A stretch of DNA of 51,376 nucleotides from contig JBFLWF010000018.1 in the NCBI GenBank assembly GCA_040758355.1, positions 1-51,376 on the forward strand, written 5' to 3'. The notes under the pieces were generated by a model. That model searched no databases. It worked only from the letters and a program-made list of their open reading frames with translations, and was not told where the DNA came from. Origin of the DNA: Nitrospirota bacterium (GTDB lineage Bacteria > Nitrospirota > Thermodesulfovibrionia > Thermodesulfovibrionales > Dissulfurispiraceae). Shown here piece by piece: positions 18,588 to 27,555 of this stretch; within the stretch, counting starts at the first letter, position 1; each line of letters starts with the position of its first letter. Position numbers and translations under genes: made by a program.

Positions 18588-19133
18588 ATGCTTAAAAGCT
18601 TATTCTCATCATCCATACGAGCAGATGTTCTGGCGCTGTTATTGAACAGCCCTGAAGAGAAATTCTACGTGAGAGAGATCGCAAAGCTCTTAAGAAAAAA
18701 CCCGTCAGGAGTAAAAAGGGAGCTCGACAAACTGGAAGAGATGGGGCTCGTAATAAGCGAAAAGGTTGCAAACCTCAAATACTTTCATGCAGACAAGAAT
18801 TCCCCCCTGTTTTCGGAGTTAAAAGACCTCATAGCGAAATCACTCGGACTTCCCGGAGCCTTGAAGAGCCTCTTAAGGGCGAATGATATAAAGTCGGCGT
18901 TTATCTACGGACCGTATGCCGAAGGAGAAGAAACCCCAACCGTTGACCTGATAGTAATCGGCTCGTTCACCTCGGCGCTCCTGGTCGGTTTGCACGATAT
19001 CGAAAAAAAATTCGGCAAAAGGATAAATTGCACCGTAATCGAAGAGGCAGAATATAAGCAGAAAAAGCAGAAGGATGCCGCCTTAAAACGCATCCTTGCA
19101 GAAAAAAGGATTACTTTGCTGGGAAGGGTTTAA
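18588..19133 (+). CDS. ArsR-like winged-HTH fused to a degenerate minimal nucleotidyltransferase domain
   Basis: FYVREIAKLL...GVKRELDKLEEMGLV wHTH; AFIYGPYAEG...TVDLIVIG resembles the MNT GS...DxD motif but is degenerate. Confidence 0.75.
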   Translation: MLKSLFSSSIRADVLALLLNSPEEKFYVREIAKLLRKNPSGVKRELDKLEEMGLVISEKVANLKYFHADKNSPLFSELKDLIAKSLGLPGALKSLLRANDIKSAFIYGPYAEGEETPTVDLIVIGSFTSALLVGLHDIEKKFGKRINCTVIEEAEYKQKKQKDAALKRILAEKRITLLGRV

Positions 19134-19202
19134 CCTTTTTAAAAGTTCCCTTAGAGATATTTCTTTTAAGGTCTTTAAGGGACAGGAAGGGAGGTGAACG
19201 GC

Positions 19203-19268
19203 ATGGCAGCAAAAAAGAAAGCAGCAGCAAAGAAGGCTCCGGCAAAGAAGGCCGCAAAGAAGAAATAA
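19203..19268 (+). CDS. 21-aa Lys/Ala-rich histone-H1-like peptide MAAKKKAAAKKAPAKKAAKKK (not in ORF track)
   Basis: Manual translation; strong SD GGGAGGTG upstream; TAA stop; paralogue immediately downstream. Confidence 0.8.
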   Translation: MAAKKKAAAKKAPAKKAAKKK

Positions 19269-19312
19269 CAACGCGTTTAAAGGTATTTTAAAACCGAAAG
19301 GAGGTGAACTTA

Positions 19313-19393
19313 ATGGCAACAGCAAAGAAGGCAACAGCAAAGAAGGCTCCGGCAAAGAAGGCCGCTGCAAAAAAGACTGCAAAGAAGAAATAA
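19313..19393 (+). CDS. 26-aa Lys/Ala-rich histone-H1-like peptide MATAKKATAKKAPAKKAAAKKTAKKK (not in ORF track)
   Basis: Manual translation; strong SD AAGGAGGTG upstream; TAA stop. Confidence 0.8.
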   Translation: MATAKKATAKKAPAKKAAAKKTAKKK

Positions 19394-19421
19394 CAACTGT
19401 TTGTAGAGGAAGTAAGAAATT

Positions 19422-19488
19422 AGGGAATACCCAAAAGACAATTTTGTATTCGAGGAAACTGAGTTTTTGGGTATTCCCTCTTTTTTTT
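19422..19488 (+). terminator. Intrinsic terminator
   Basis: 15-bp stem AGGGAATACCCAAAA/TTTTGGGTATTCCCT with a 28-nt loop, then a T8 tract, between convergent genes. Confidence 0.75.
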
Positions 19489-19490
19489 AG

Positions 19491-20390
19491 TTAACTATAG
19501 TTTAAAACATGGTGAGGCAAATGGTCAACTTCCGATGAGATAAGGCTGTAGGAGTCAATAGACGTTATCAGCTTCTTCAAGAAATTTATGTTAGCTGTAT
19601 GGCCTGCCTTTTCAAGCATGATATGCCCGTGTATCGGAAATCCAATTAAGGATAAATCTCCAATAGAATCAAGGACTTTGTGCCTTACAAACTCGTCCTC
19701 GAACCTCAGACCTGCAGCATTCAAAATACCGTCATCGCCTACGATCACGGCATTGTCGAGGGAGCCGCCCTTTGCAAGGCCGTTTGCCCTTAATTTCTCC
19801 ACATCGCTAAGGAATCCGAAGGTTCTGGCAGGGGCTATCTCCTGTACGAAGGTCTTTTCATCGATGTCTACAGTAAGCTCCTGCTGTCCCAGCATGCGGT
19901 GTCCGAAATTTATATAGTACGATATACGCATACCATCATACGGCAGGGCAACAATCCTTGAGTGGGCATCCTCGTAAACAACAGGTTTGGAAATCTTTAT
20001 AAAGGGCATCTTTTTACCCTGCTTTGCTATGCCTGCCTCAAGTATAATTCCGGCCAGCTTTGTAGAACTCCCATCCAGTATGGGGATTTCAGGGCCGTCA
20101 ACCTCTACAATAAGGTTGTCGATGCCGAGACCGGCTGCAGCGGCAAGCAGGTGTTCCACTGTCTTTACCTTTACCACATCCGAACCATTTACAAAGCCGA
20201 TTGTGGTGGCAAAGGCCGTGTCAACAACAGAGGTGATATTCGCCCGTATTATTGCACCCTTGTCTACACGGTAAAAGACTATGCCTGTATCCCTGGAGGC
20301 AGGTTTTAGCTTCACCGTTGCATACTTGCCTGTATGCAGACCGATACCGTGGAAAGTGACCTCTTTTTTAATTGTTCTCTGTAATCTCAT
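19491..20390 (-). CDS. lpxC: UDP-3-O-acyl-N-acetylglucosamine deacetylase
   Basis: QRTIK...GIGLHTG, TVEHLLAA, APARTFGF, RHKVLDSIGD, GH; start at MRLQRT. Confidence 0.96.
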   Translation of the reverse strand: MRLQRTIKKEVTFHGIGLHTGKYATVKLKPASRDTGIVFYRVDKGAIIRANITSVVDTAFATTIGFVNGSDVVKVKTVEHLLAAAAGLGIDNLIVEVDGPEIPILDGSSTKLAGIILEAGIAKQGKKMPFIKISKPVVYEDAHSRIVALPYDGMRISYYINFGHRMLGQQELTVDIDEKTFVQEIAPARTFGFLSDVEKLRANGLAKGGSLDNAVIVGDDGILNAAGLRFEDEFVRHKVLDSIGDLSLIGFPIHGHIMLEKAGHTANINFLKKLITSIDSYSLISSEVDHLPHHVLNYS

Positions 20391-20405
20391 TGAGTTGTGA
20401 ATATT

Positions 20406-20421
20406 TGCAAATAATATGCCA
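20406..20421 (-). promoter_or_regulatory. Sigma54 -24/-12 promoter of lpxC
   Basis: Minus strand TGGCATATTATTTGCA with exact GG-N10-GC spacing. Confidence 0.7.
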
Positions 20422-20503
20422 CCACAAAAACAGATATAAAACAAGGGGATATAAAATCAGGAGTGTTGATTAATTTCGCTTGTGTGTAATATTTACCACA
20501 CCT

Positions 20504-21889
20504 CTAACCGACTTCTCCTCCCACTACCATCTCAGGGATTCTAAGAGTAGGCATGGCATCAGATACAGGCACCCCCTGTCCATCCTTTCCACACGTGCCT
20601 ACAGAGAATCCAAGGTCTGAAGCCACCATATCTATGGACTTTAAAACCTCAGGGCCGTTGCCAATAAGGGTTGCGCCCCTCACCGGCTCGCCAATCATAC
20701 CGTTTTCTATGATATACCCCTCCTGAACCTCGAATACAAAATCACCTGTCACTGTATTTACCTGCCCTCCTCCCATCTTTTTGACTATCAGCCCTTTGTT
20801 TACCGATCCGATAACTTCATCCTGAGAAAGGCTGCCCGGGGCTATGAAGGTGTTGGTCATTCTCGGCACAGGCTTATGTTCGTAGGACTCCCGCCTGCCG
20901 TTTCCTGTCGATGAAGTCCTGTCCACAATAGCAGTGTACCTGTCGTACATGTAACCCTGCAAGATTCCGTCTTTCACAAGGACATTTCTTTTAGATGGAG
21001 TTCCTTCATCATCAAAGGAGAAAGACCCCCTCTTGTTGGGAAGGGTTGCATCATCTATAACAGTAATGGCCGTGGAAGCTACCTGTTGTCCGATCTTTTT
21101 TGAATAAACAGACAGCCCTTGCTGTGCGAGGTCTGCCTCAAGCCCATGCCCTATTGCCTCGTGGATCATAGTACCGCCTGCCTCTGACGAGATAACAACA
21201 GGCATCCTTCCGCCAGGCGCCCTTTTTGCCTTGAGCATCATCACCGCCCTCTGTGCAGCCTTAAGAGCGACCCTATCCATAGGGTTTTCATCAAAAAGTT
21301 CATAACCTATCAACCCGCTGACAGGCTCGTATCCTGTTTGGATTACCTCTCCGTCCGCGGCAATTACCTGAACCACTCCCAAAGTGTAAACCCTCTCATC
21401 CTCGGACACAAAGCCCTCTGATGTGCAAACCTTAACCTTCTGCATGGAGTCCCTGTACATTACATTGACCTGTTTGATCCTCTGGTCGAACTTCCTTGAA
21501 GCATCGTTTCCAAGTTTAACAAGGGCAATTTTTTCGGACATGGGGATCGTTTCCGGGTATTTCTTTATAAGAAAGGCGACCTCTGGAAATTTTCTCTTCA
21601 TGTCAATAATGATATCCCTTTCAGCACCTGCTGCTGCCTTGCTGACCGTGTCAGCGAGATCCATTAGTACATTTTCAGAAAAGTCATTGCTGTACGCATA
21701 GGCAGTCTTGCCGCTGTATATAAGCCTGATGCCGATACCTGCGGTGGCGCCTGCAATAACCTTCTCTATCTTGTCATCCTCAAGCTGAACAGCCGTAGAT
21801 TTTCTGTGCTCGATGAATATATCCGCATACTCCCCGCCATTGGAAAGGGCCTTTTTTATGAGTTTCTGCAGAATCGCATCATCTACCAT
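20504..21889 (-). CDS. tldD: TldD/PmbA family metalloprotease
   Basis: GGEYADIFIE, IHEAIGHGLEAD, DDEGTPS, PRMTNT, CGKDGQGVPV; start MVDDAIL after GGAGG. Confidence 0.92.
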   Translation of the reverse strand: MVDDAILQKLIKKALSNGGEYADIFIEHRKSTAVQLEDDKIEKVIAGATAGIGIRLIYSGKTAYAYSNDFSENVLMDLADTVSKAAAGAERDIIIDMKRKFPEVAFLIKKYPETIPMSEKIALVKLGNDASRKFDQRIKQVNVMYRDSMQKVKVCTSEGFVSEDERVYTLGVVQVIAADGEVIQTGYEPVSGLIGYELFDENPMDRVALKAAQRAVMMLKAKRAPGGRMPVVISSEAGGTMIHEAIGHGLEADLAQQGLSVYSKKIGQQVASTAITVIDDATLPNKRGSFSFDDEGTPSKRNVLVKDGILQGYMYDRYTAIVDRTSSTGNGRRESYEHKPVPRMTNTFIAPGSLSQDEVIGSVNKGLIVKKMGGGQVNTVTGDFVFEVQEGYIIENGMIGEPVRGATLIGNGPEVLKSIDMVASDLGFSVGTCGKDGQGVPVSDAMPTLRIPEMVVGGEVG

Positions 21890-21992
21890 CAAAAATCCTC
21901 CGAATACAAATAATACAAATATGTTTTCCATAATAACATAATTTGCAGCATTTTCCCTTGCACTAAAAATCCCCGATGCCATAAAATACCCC

Positions 21993-22778
21993 ATGGCAAT
22001 CGGCTTGATAGGCGGAAGCGGGCTTTATGAGATCGAAGGACTCGAGATAACTAAAGAGGTCTCCATATCCACACCATATGGCGATCCCTCATCTGTTTAC
22101 AAAATAGGAACAATTGGTGACACGGAAATAGTCTTTCTGCCAAGGCACGGAATACCACACTCCATTCCTCCGCACAAGGTAAATTACAGGGCAAACATAT
22201 GGGGATTTAAATCCCTTGGAGTCGAGAGGATCATATCAGTAAGTGCTGTGGGCGGAATAAACAAAGACCTCTCTCCCGGCGACATTGTCCTCCTCGACCA
22301 GATAATAGACATGACATATGGAGCGAGAGAATCCACATTTTATGACAAAGACAAGGTAATTCATATTGATTTCACTAATCCATACTGTCCTGAAATGAGG
22401 GATTTCATCACTAAAGCCTCTCAGAATATCGGGCTTCCGGTGAAACTCTCAGGAACATATATCTGCGTCAATGGACCAAGGCTCGAAACAGCAAAGGAGA
22501 TACAATTCTTCTCCATGATAGGCGCCGATGTCGTTGGCATGACTGCAATGCCGGAGGCATCCCTTGCACGGGAGCTTGAGATATGTATTTCAGGCATATC
22601 AGTTGTGACCAATTATGCTGCAGGAATCTCTGAAAGAAAACTCACGACCACAGAGGTTGTTGAGACAATGAAGAACTCCTTAGACCGCATAAAGTCTTTA
22701 ATTAAAGAAGTTGTCATGCATATTCCAATTGCCCGTACATGCCAATGCAAAGATGCACTAAAGGATGCAGAATTGTAG
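21993..22778 (+). CDS. mtnP: S-methyl-5'-thioadenosine/thioinosine phosphorylase
   Basis: IGGSGLY, TPYG, PRHG, NYRANIW, GPRLET, VVGMTAMPEA, VTNYAAG. Confidence 0.9.
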   Translation: MAIGLIGGSGLYEIEGLEITKEVSISTPYGDPSSVYKIGTIGDTEIVFLPRHGIPHSIPPHKVNYRANIWGFKSLGVERIISVSAVGGINKDLSPGDIVLLDQIIDMTYGARESTFYDKDKVIHIDFTNPYCPEMRDFITKASQNIGLPVKLSGTYICVNGPRLETAKEIQFFSMIGADVVGMTAMPEASLARELEICISGISVVTNYAAGISERKLTTTEVVETMKNSLDRIKSLIKEVVMHIPIARTCQCKDALKDAEL

Positions 22779-22856
22779 CTTTCCCTTTCAACTCCTTGAC
22801 ACTATTTACTTAATCCTATTATCATAAAATGTTCTAAAAATTGTTGGAGGTTCCAT

Positions 22857-23606
22857 ATGGCAGGCCATTCCAAATGGGCTCAGATAAAGCATAAAAAAGC
22901 CCATACCGATGCAAAGAGGGGCAAGGTATTCACAAAGATTGTCAAAGAGATCTCTGTTGCAGCAAGGCTCGGAGGCGGAGACCCGGAAGGCAATCCGAGG
23001 TTGAGAAGCGCCATAGAAAAGGCCAAGGAAGTCAACATGCCCTCTGAAAACATAAAAAGGGCAATAATGAAAGGCACCGGAGAACTTCCCGGAACAACAT
23101 ACGAAGAGATTACCTACGAAGGATATGGTCCCGGAGGCGTGGCGATCCTCATAGAGACCCTCACAGATAACAAAAACAGGACTGTTTCAGAAATAAGACA
23201 TATATTGTCAAAAAACAGCGGGAACATGGGAGAGGCCGGATGCGTCTCATGGATATTTGAGAAAAAAGGCTACATCCTCGTAGAAAAAACAAAGGTGGAT
23301 GAAGACACATTAATGTCCGTTGTCCTCGATGCAGGCGCAGAGGATATGAAAAACGACCACAAGGAAGACAATTATGAAGTCATAACATCTCCGGAAAACC
23401 TCAATGCAGTGAAAGAGGCAATAGAAAAACAGAACATACTTGTCTCATTGTCGGAGATAACCATGCTGCCCAAGAGCTATGTGCCGATAGAGGGCAGCGC
23501 CGCCGATCAGATGGTAAGATTGGTAGATGCCCTCGAAGACAATGACGATGTCCAGAACGTATATGCCAACTTTGATATACCCGAAGAAGCAATGGCGTTA
23601 AAGTAA
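22857..23606 (+). CDS. yebC: YebC/PmpR family protein
   Basis: [38 protein letters not shown]. Confidence 0.95.
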   Translation: MAGHSKWAQIKHKKAHTDAKRGKVFTKIVKEISVAARLGGGDPEGNPRLRSAIEKAKEVNMPSENIKRAIMKGTGELPGTTYEEITYEGYGPGGVAILIETLTDNKNRTVSEIRHILSKNSGNMGEAGCVSWIFEKKGYILVEKTKVDEDTLMSVVLDAGAEDMKNDHKEDNYEVITSPENLNAVKEAIEKQNILVSLSEITMLPKSYVPIEGSAADQMVRLVDALEDNDDVQNVYANFDIPEEAMALK

Positions 23607-24215
23607 ATGGTCGAATCTATACACATTACCTTCAAGAGAAAATTCCTGGCAGGACTGATAGTCACTATTCCGGCAGTCATAACAATCTTTGTCCTGGTCG
23701 GCATATTCAGGTTTGTTGACGGCATATTGGGCCCGTTCTTCGACTTCTTCCTCGGCGAACACATAGCTGGATTGGGTTTTATCTCAGCCATCGTCATCGT
23801 ATTTCTGATTGGAATAGTTTCGACAAATGTATTCGGCAAAAAAATCCTTGGCATCGTAGAAAAGATTTTTCTAAATATTCCTGTTTTCAAGAGTATTTAC
23901 ACAGCCATAAAACAGCTTGTCGATGCTTTTTCTCCGGAAAATAAAAGCTCTTTCAAGAAATTCGTCATAGCCGAATATCCAAGACCTGGCGCCTATGCCT
24001 TCGGCTTTCTTACAAAGGAATGCGTGGTCGAATCCAATGAGAAAGAAACCCCTTTGAAGACTGTATATATACCCACAAACAACCTTTATCTCGGAGAAAT
24101 CGTGCTCCTCGATGACAGGAGCATAACTTACACGGACATATCAATAGAGGACGGCATCAAGATTATTCTTTCCGGCGGAATAGCCGCTCCTTCGAAGATA
24201 GCGGGAACAAAGTGA
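23607..24215 (+). CDS. DUF502 family membrane protein
   Basis: FLAGLIVTIP, two TMs, IPVFKSIY, EYPRPG, IILSGG. Confidence 0.85.
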   Translation: MVESIHITFKRKFLAGLIVTIPAVITIFVLVGIFRFVDGILGPFFDFFLGEHIAGLGFISAIVIVFLIGIVSTNVFGKKILGIVEKIFLNIPVFKSIYTAIKQLVDAFSPENKSSFKKFVIAEYPRPGAYAFGFLTKECVVESNEKETPLKTVYIPTNNLYLGEIVLLDDRSITYTDISIEDGIKIILSGGIAAPSKIAGTK

Positions 24216-25630
24216 GTTCATCATCAATGAAATCATCGTATCCTTTGGCGACAATCATCCTTGCTGCAGGTCTCGGCACAAGGATGAAGTCTTCGATCCC
24301 GAAGGTCTTGCACAGGATATATGGCAAGTCAATAATTCACTATGTTGTCGACTCTATAAAACAACTGAAGTCCGAGAACAACATAGTGGTCATAGGCCCC
24401 AAAGGCGATGAGATAAAAAATGCCCTTGCTAACTACCATGAAGGACATCCGGTTACATTTGCGGTTCAAAAAGAACCTAAAGGCACAGGTGATGCCATGA
24501 AAGCGGCTGTCCAGAAGCTCAAGGGATTTAGCGGCACTGTACTGGTATTAAGCGGTGATACCCCCCTTATAAACGCATCAACCTTGCAGAAGTTTTTGAA
24601 ACTCCACAAGCAGAACAAAGAGGACATATCCATAATCTCGTTCATTGCAGAAGGCACACATTCTTATGGAAGAATCGTGAGGGAAAGAAGCGGAGTAACG
24701 GCGATAATAGAAGACAGGGACGCTGACAATGAGCAGAAAAAGATAAAGGAAGTAAATAGCGGTATATATGCAATAAAATCCCATGCATTAAAACTTTTGA
24801 AAGAAATAAAAATAAATAAGGCAAAAGGAGAGTATTATCTCACCGATATCGTGGATATTGCTGTAAAAAAAGGCTATAAAGTCGGCGCACATATCCTCGG
24901 CAGCGAAACAGAGTTGACGGGCATAAACACACGTGAAGACCTCCATAACGCATGCCATTACCTAAAAGACAGGATTTTATCCGAATGGATGAAAAATGGT
25001 GTTTCATTTATAGATACGTCATCTGTCTTCATACATCCTGATGCAAAAATAGGCATGGATACTGTTATATATCCGAATGTACATATCGAAGGCAAAACCA
25101 TTATCGGCAAAGGCTGCACAATTTATCCAAATGTAAGAATAGCCGACAGCACAGTCGGAAATCATGTGACTATAAAGGATTCCACAGTAATCGAATCATC
25201 GACTATAAATAAAAATGCAACTATAGGCCCATTCGCCCATCTCAGGCCGGGCTCCATAATCGGCCCGTCATCAAAGATCGGCAACTTCGTGGAGATAAAG
25301 AAATCCGTAATCGGCGAAGGAACAAAGGCATCGCACCTCAGTTATTTAGGAGATGCAGAGATAGGCAAAAATGTAAACATCGGAGCTGGTACAATAACAT
25401 GCAATTATGATGGCAAAGAAAAACACAAAACCATAATAGAGGATGATGTATTTGTGGGAAGCGATACGCAGCTCATTGCACCGGTGAGGGTCGGCAAAGG
25501 TGCATACGTTGGTGCAGGTTCAACTATTACAAAGAATGTGCCGCCCCTTTCCCTTGCAGTGAGCAGGGCAGACCAAAGACATATAGAGAAATGGGCGTTT
25601 AAAAAACAGTCGAAAGGAAAGAGAAAGTAA
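24212..25630 (+). CDS. glmU: Bifunctional UDP-GlcNAc pyrophosphorylase / GlcN-1-P acetyltransferase
   Basis: LAAGLGTRMKS, EYYLTD, GPFAHLRP, GNFVEIK, NIGAGTITCNYDG; true start may be 24227. Confidence 0.96.
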   Translation: MSSSSMKSSYPLATIILAAGLGTRMKSSIPKVLHRIYGKSIIHYVVDSIKQLKSENNIVVIGPKGDEIKNALANYHEGHPVTFAVQKEPKGTGDAMKAAVQKLKGFSGTVLVLSGDTPLINASTLQKFLKLHKQNKEDISIISFIAEGTHSYGRIVRERSGVTAIIEDRDADNEQKKIKEVNSGIYAIKSHALKLLKEIKINKAKGEYYLTDIVDIAVKKGYKVGAHILGSETELTGINTREDLHNACHYLKDRILSEWMKNGVSFIDTSSVFIHPDAKIGMDTVIYPNVHIEGKTIIGKGCTIYPNVRIADSTVGNHVTIKDSTVIESSTINKNATIGPFAHLRPGSIIGPSSKIGNFVEIKKSVIGEGTKASHLSYLGDAEIGKNVNIGAGTITCNYDGKEKHKTIIEDDVFVGSDTQLIAPVRVGKGAYVGAGSTITKNVPPLSLAVSRADQRHIEKWAFKKQSKGKRK

Positions 25631-25631
25631 C

Positions 25632-27458
25632 GTGTGCGGAATAATAGGATATATAGGCAATAAAAATGCCATACCTGTGGTGATGGACGGGCTGAAGCGG
25701 CTTGAATACAGAGGCTATGATTCTGCAGGCATCGCATATTTCACGGATAAAAAAATAGAGGTCAAAAGGTGCAAGGGTAAAATCCATGACCTTGAGAACA
25801 TAGTCAATAAATGCAATATCTCGAGCAATCTCGCCATAGGCCATACACGATGGGCAACCCACGGCAGGCCATCCGATGAGAACGCCCATCCCCACAGGTC
25901 AGACGGAATAGTCATTGTCCATAACGGAATAATAGAAAATTATGTGGAGTTGAAACACAGGCTGCAGGAAGATGGATTCATATTCGCATCAGAGACTGAT
26001 ACAGAGGTCTTGTGCCATCTGATAAATAAATATTCGAAAAACAACCCTCTCGAAGAAGCAGTAAGGGCAGCACTGAAAGAAGTTAAAGGCGCCTATGCAT
26101 TTGCCGTCATCAATGAAAAGGAGCCTGACAGGGTAGTTGCGGTGAGAAAGGAAAGCCCCCTTGTAATAGGGCTTGGAGAAGGGGAATACTTCCTTGCATC
26201 CGATGTCCCTGCCTTTCTGAGCCATTCAAAGGAGGTTATATTCCTCGAAAACAATGAAATGGCAGTAATGCACAGGGACGGTGTAATCATAACTGACTTA
26301 GAGGGAATCCCTTTGAATAAAAATGTAGTTACCATATCATGGAGCCCTTCGATGGCTGAAAAGGGCGGTTACCGCCACTTCATGCTGAAAGAGATATACG
26401 AGCAGCCGCGGGCAATAGCAGATACCATCAGGGGAAGGGTCCTGCCGGAAAATGGAGAGGTAGCACTTGAGGAATTCGGTCTTGGTGCAGAAGATATCAA
26501 AGCAATAGACAAGGTATTCATTGTTGCATGCGGCACATCGTATCATGCCGGTATTGTGGGCAAATACATGATAGAAGAACTTTCAAGGATACCTGTTGAG
26601 GTTGATATAGCCTCGGAATTCAGGTATAGAAACCCCATAATAACGGGCAACACCATCTTTGTCGCAATAACACAGTCGGGAGAGACAGCAGACACCCTCG
26701 CAGCAATAAGAGAGGCTAAGGCGCTTGGTGCAAAGGTACTGACCATATGCAATGTAATAGGCAGCACTGCATCCCGCGAATCCGACTTTGTATTTTATAC
26801 ACATTCGGGACCCGAAATCGGAGTGGCATCAACAAAGGCATTCACAACACAGATTGTAGCCTTATATCTTCTGGCAATAGCACTGGGCAAGGTCAGGGGA
26901 ATTTTATCCGATGAAGCCTCATCCGTGCTTATAGAGGAACTCCTCCACCTTCCTGCAGGCGTGGAGCATGCACTGGAGCTCGATGGCGAAATAAGTGCTA
27001 TAGCAAAGGAGCTATTCAAGGCAAAGGATTTCCTGTATCTCGGCAGGGGGATACATTATCCCATAGCGCTGGAGGGCGCATTAAAATTAAAGGAGATCTC
27101 ATACATCCATGCAGAAGGCTATCCGGCAGGCGAGATGAAACACGGCCCCATTGCCCTTATTGATGAGGAGGTGCCTGTTGTTGTCCTTGCCCCTTCAGGA
27201 AAGCTGTATGAAAAGGTTTTATCCAACATGGAAGAGGTAAAGAGCCGAGGAGGCACTATAATAGCCGTTACTTCAAAGGATGACGAGGCTGCAAAGAAAC
27301 TTTCCAGATACTCCATTTCCATAAATGGAAGCAACAATTATTTAAATACGGTATTGCTCACAATCCCTCTTCAGCTCCTTGCGTATCATGTTGCTGTTTT
27401 AAGGGGTTGTGATGTGGATCAGCCGAGGAATCTGGCTAAAAGCGTAACGGTTGAATAG
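25632..27458 (+). CDS. glmS: Glutamine-fructose-6-phosphate transaminase
   Basis: MCGI, GHTRWATHG, SGETADT, PRNLAKSVTVE. Confidence 0.98.
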   Translation: MCGIIGYIGNKNAIPVVMDGLKRLEYRGYDSAGIAYFTDKKIEVKRCKGKIHDLENIVNKCNISSNLAIGHTRWATHGRPSDENAHPHRSDGIVIVHNGIIENYVELKHRLQEDGFIFASETDTEVLCHLINKYSKNNPLEEAVRAALKEVKGAYAFAVINEKEPDRVVAVRKESPLVIGLGEGEYFLASDVPAFLSHSKEVIFLENNEMAVMHRDGVIITDLEGIPLNKNVVTISWSPSMAEKGGYRHFMLKEIYEQPRAIADTIRGRVLPENGEVALEEFGLGAEDIKAIDKVFIVACGTSYHAGIVGKYMIEELSRIPVEVDIASEFRYRNPIITGNTIFVAITQSGETADTLAAIREAKALGAKVLTICNVIGSTASRESDFVFYTHSGPEIGVASTKAFTTQIVALYLLAIALGKVRGILSDEASSVLIEELLHLPAGVEHALELDGEISAIAKELFKAKDFLYLGRGIHYPIALEGALKLKEISYIHAEGYPAGEMKHGPIALIDEEVPVVVLAPSGKLYEKVLSNMEEVKSRGGTIIAVTSKDDEAAKKLSRYSISINGSNNYLNTVLLTIPLQLLAYHVAVLRGCDVDQPRNLAKSVTVE

Positions 27459-27530
27459 TTTATGGTTCATAGATTTTGAAGCTATAAACTGCCAACTGTG
27501 AACTATCAACCATGAACTATGAACCATTAA
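27456..27530. repeat. Inverted heptamer tandem arrays (TAGTTCA-like x2, then CTATGAA-like x7)
   Basis: tagttta tggttca tag ... ctataaa ctgccaa ctgtgaa ctatcaa ccatgaa ctatgaa ccattaa. Confidence 0.8.
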
Positions 27531-27555
27531 TATGCTATAATAAGGAGACAAACCA

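Noticed and set aside
19083..19382. 99-aa minus-strand ORF rich in L, P and C
   Set aside because: It is the antisense shadow of the two Lys/Ala peptides, which have the SD sequences.
19140..19480. Possible CRISPR array or riboswitch in the repeated region
   Set aside because: There are only two repeat units, explained by the peptide genes. There are no spacers or cas genes, and I recognise no riboswitch consensus.
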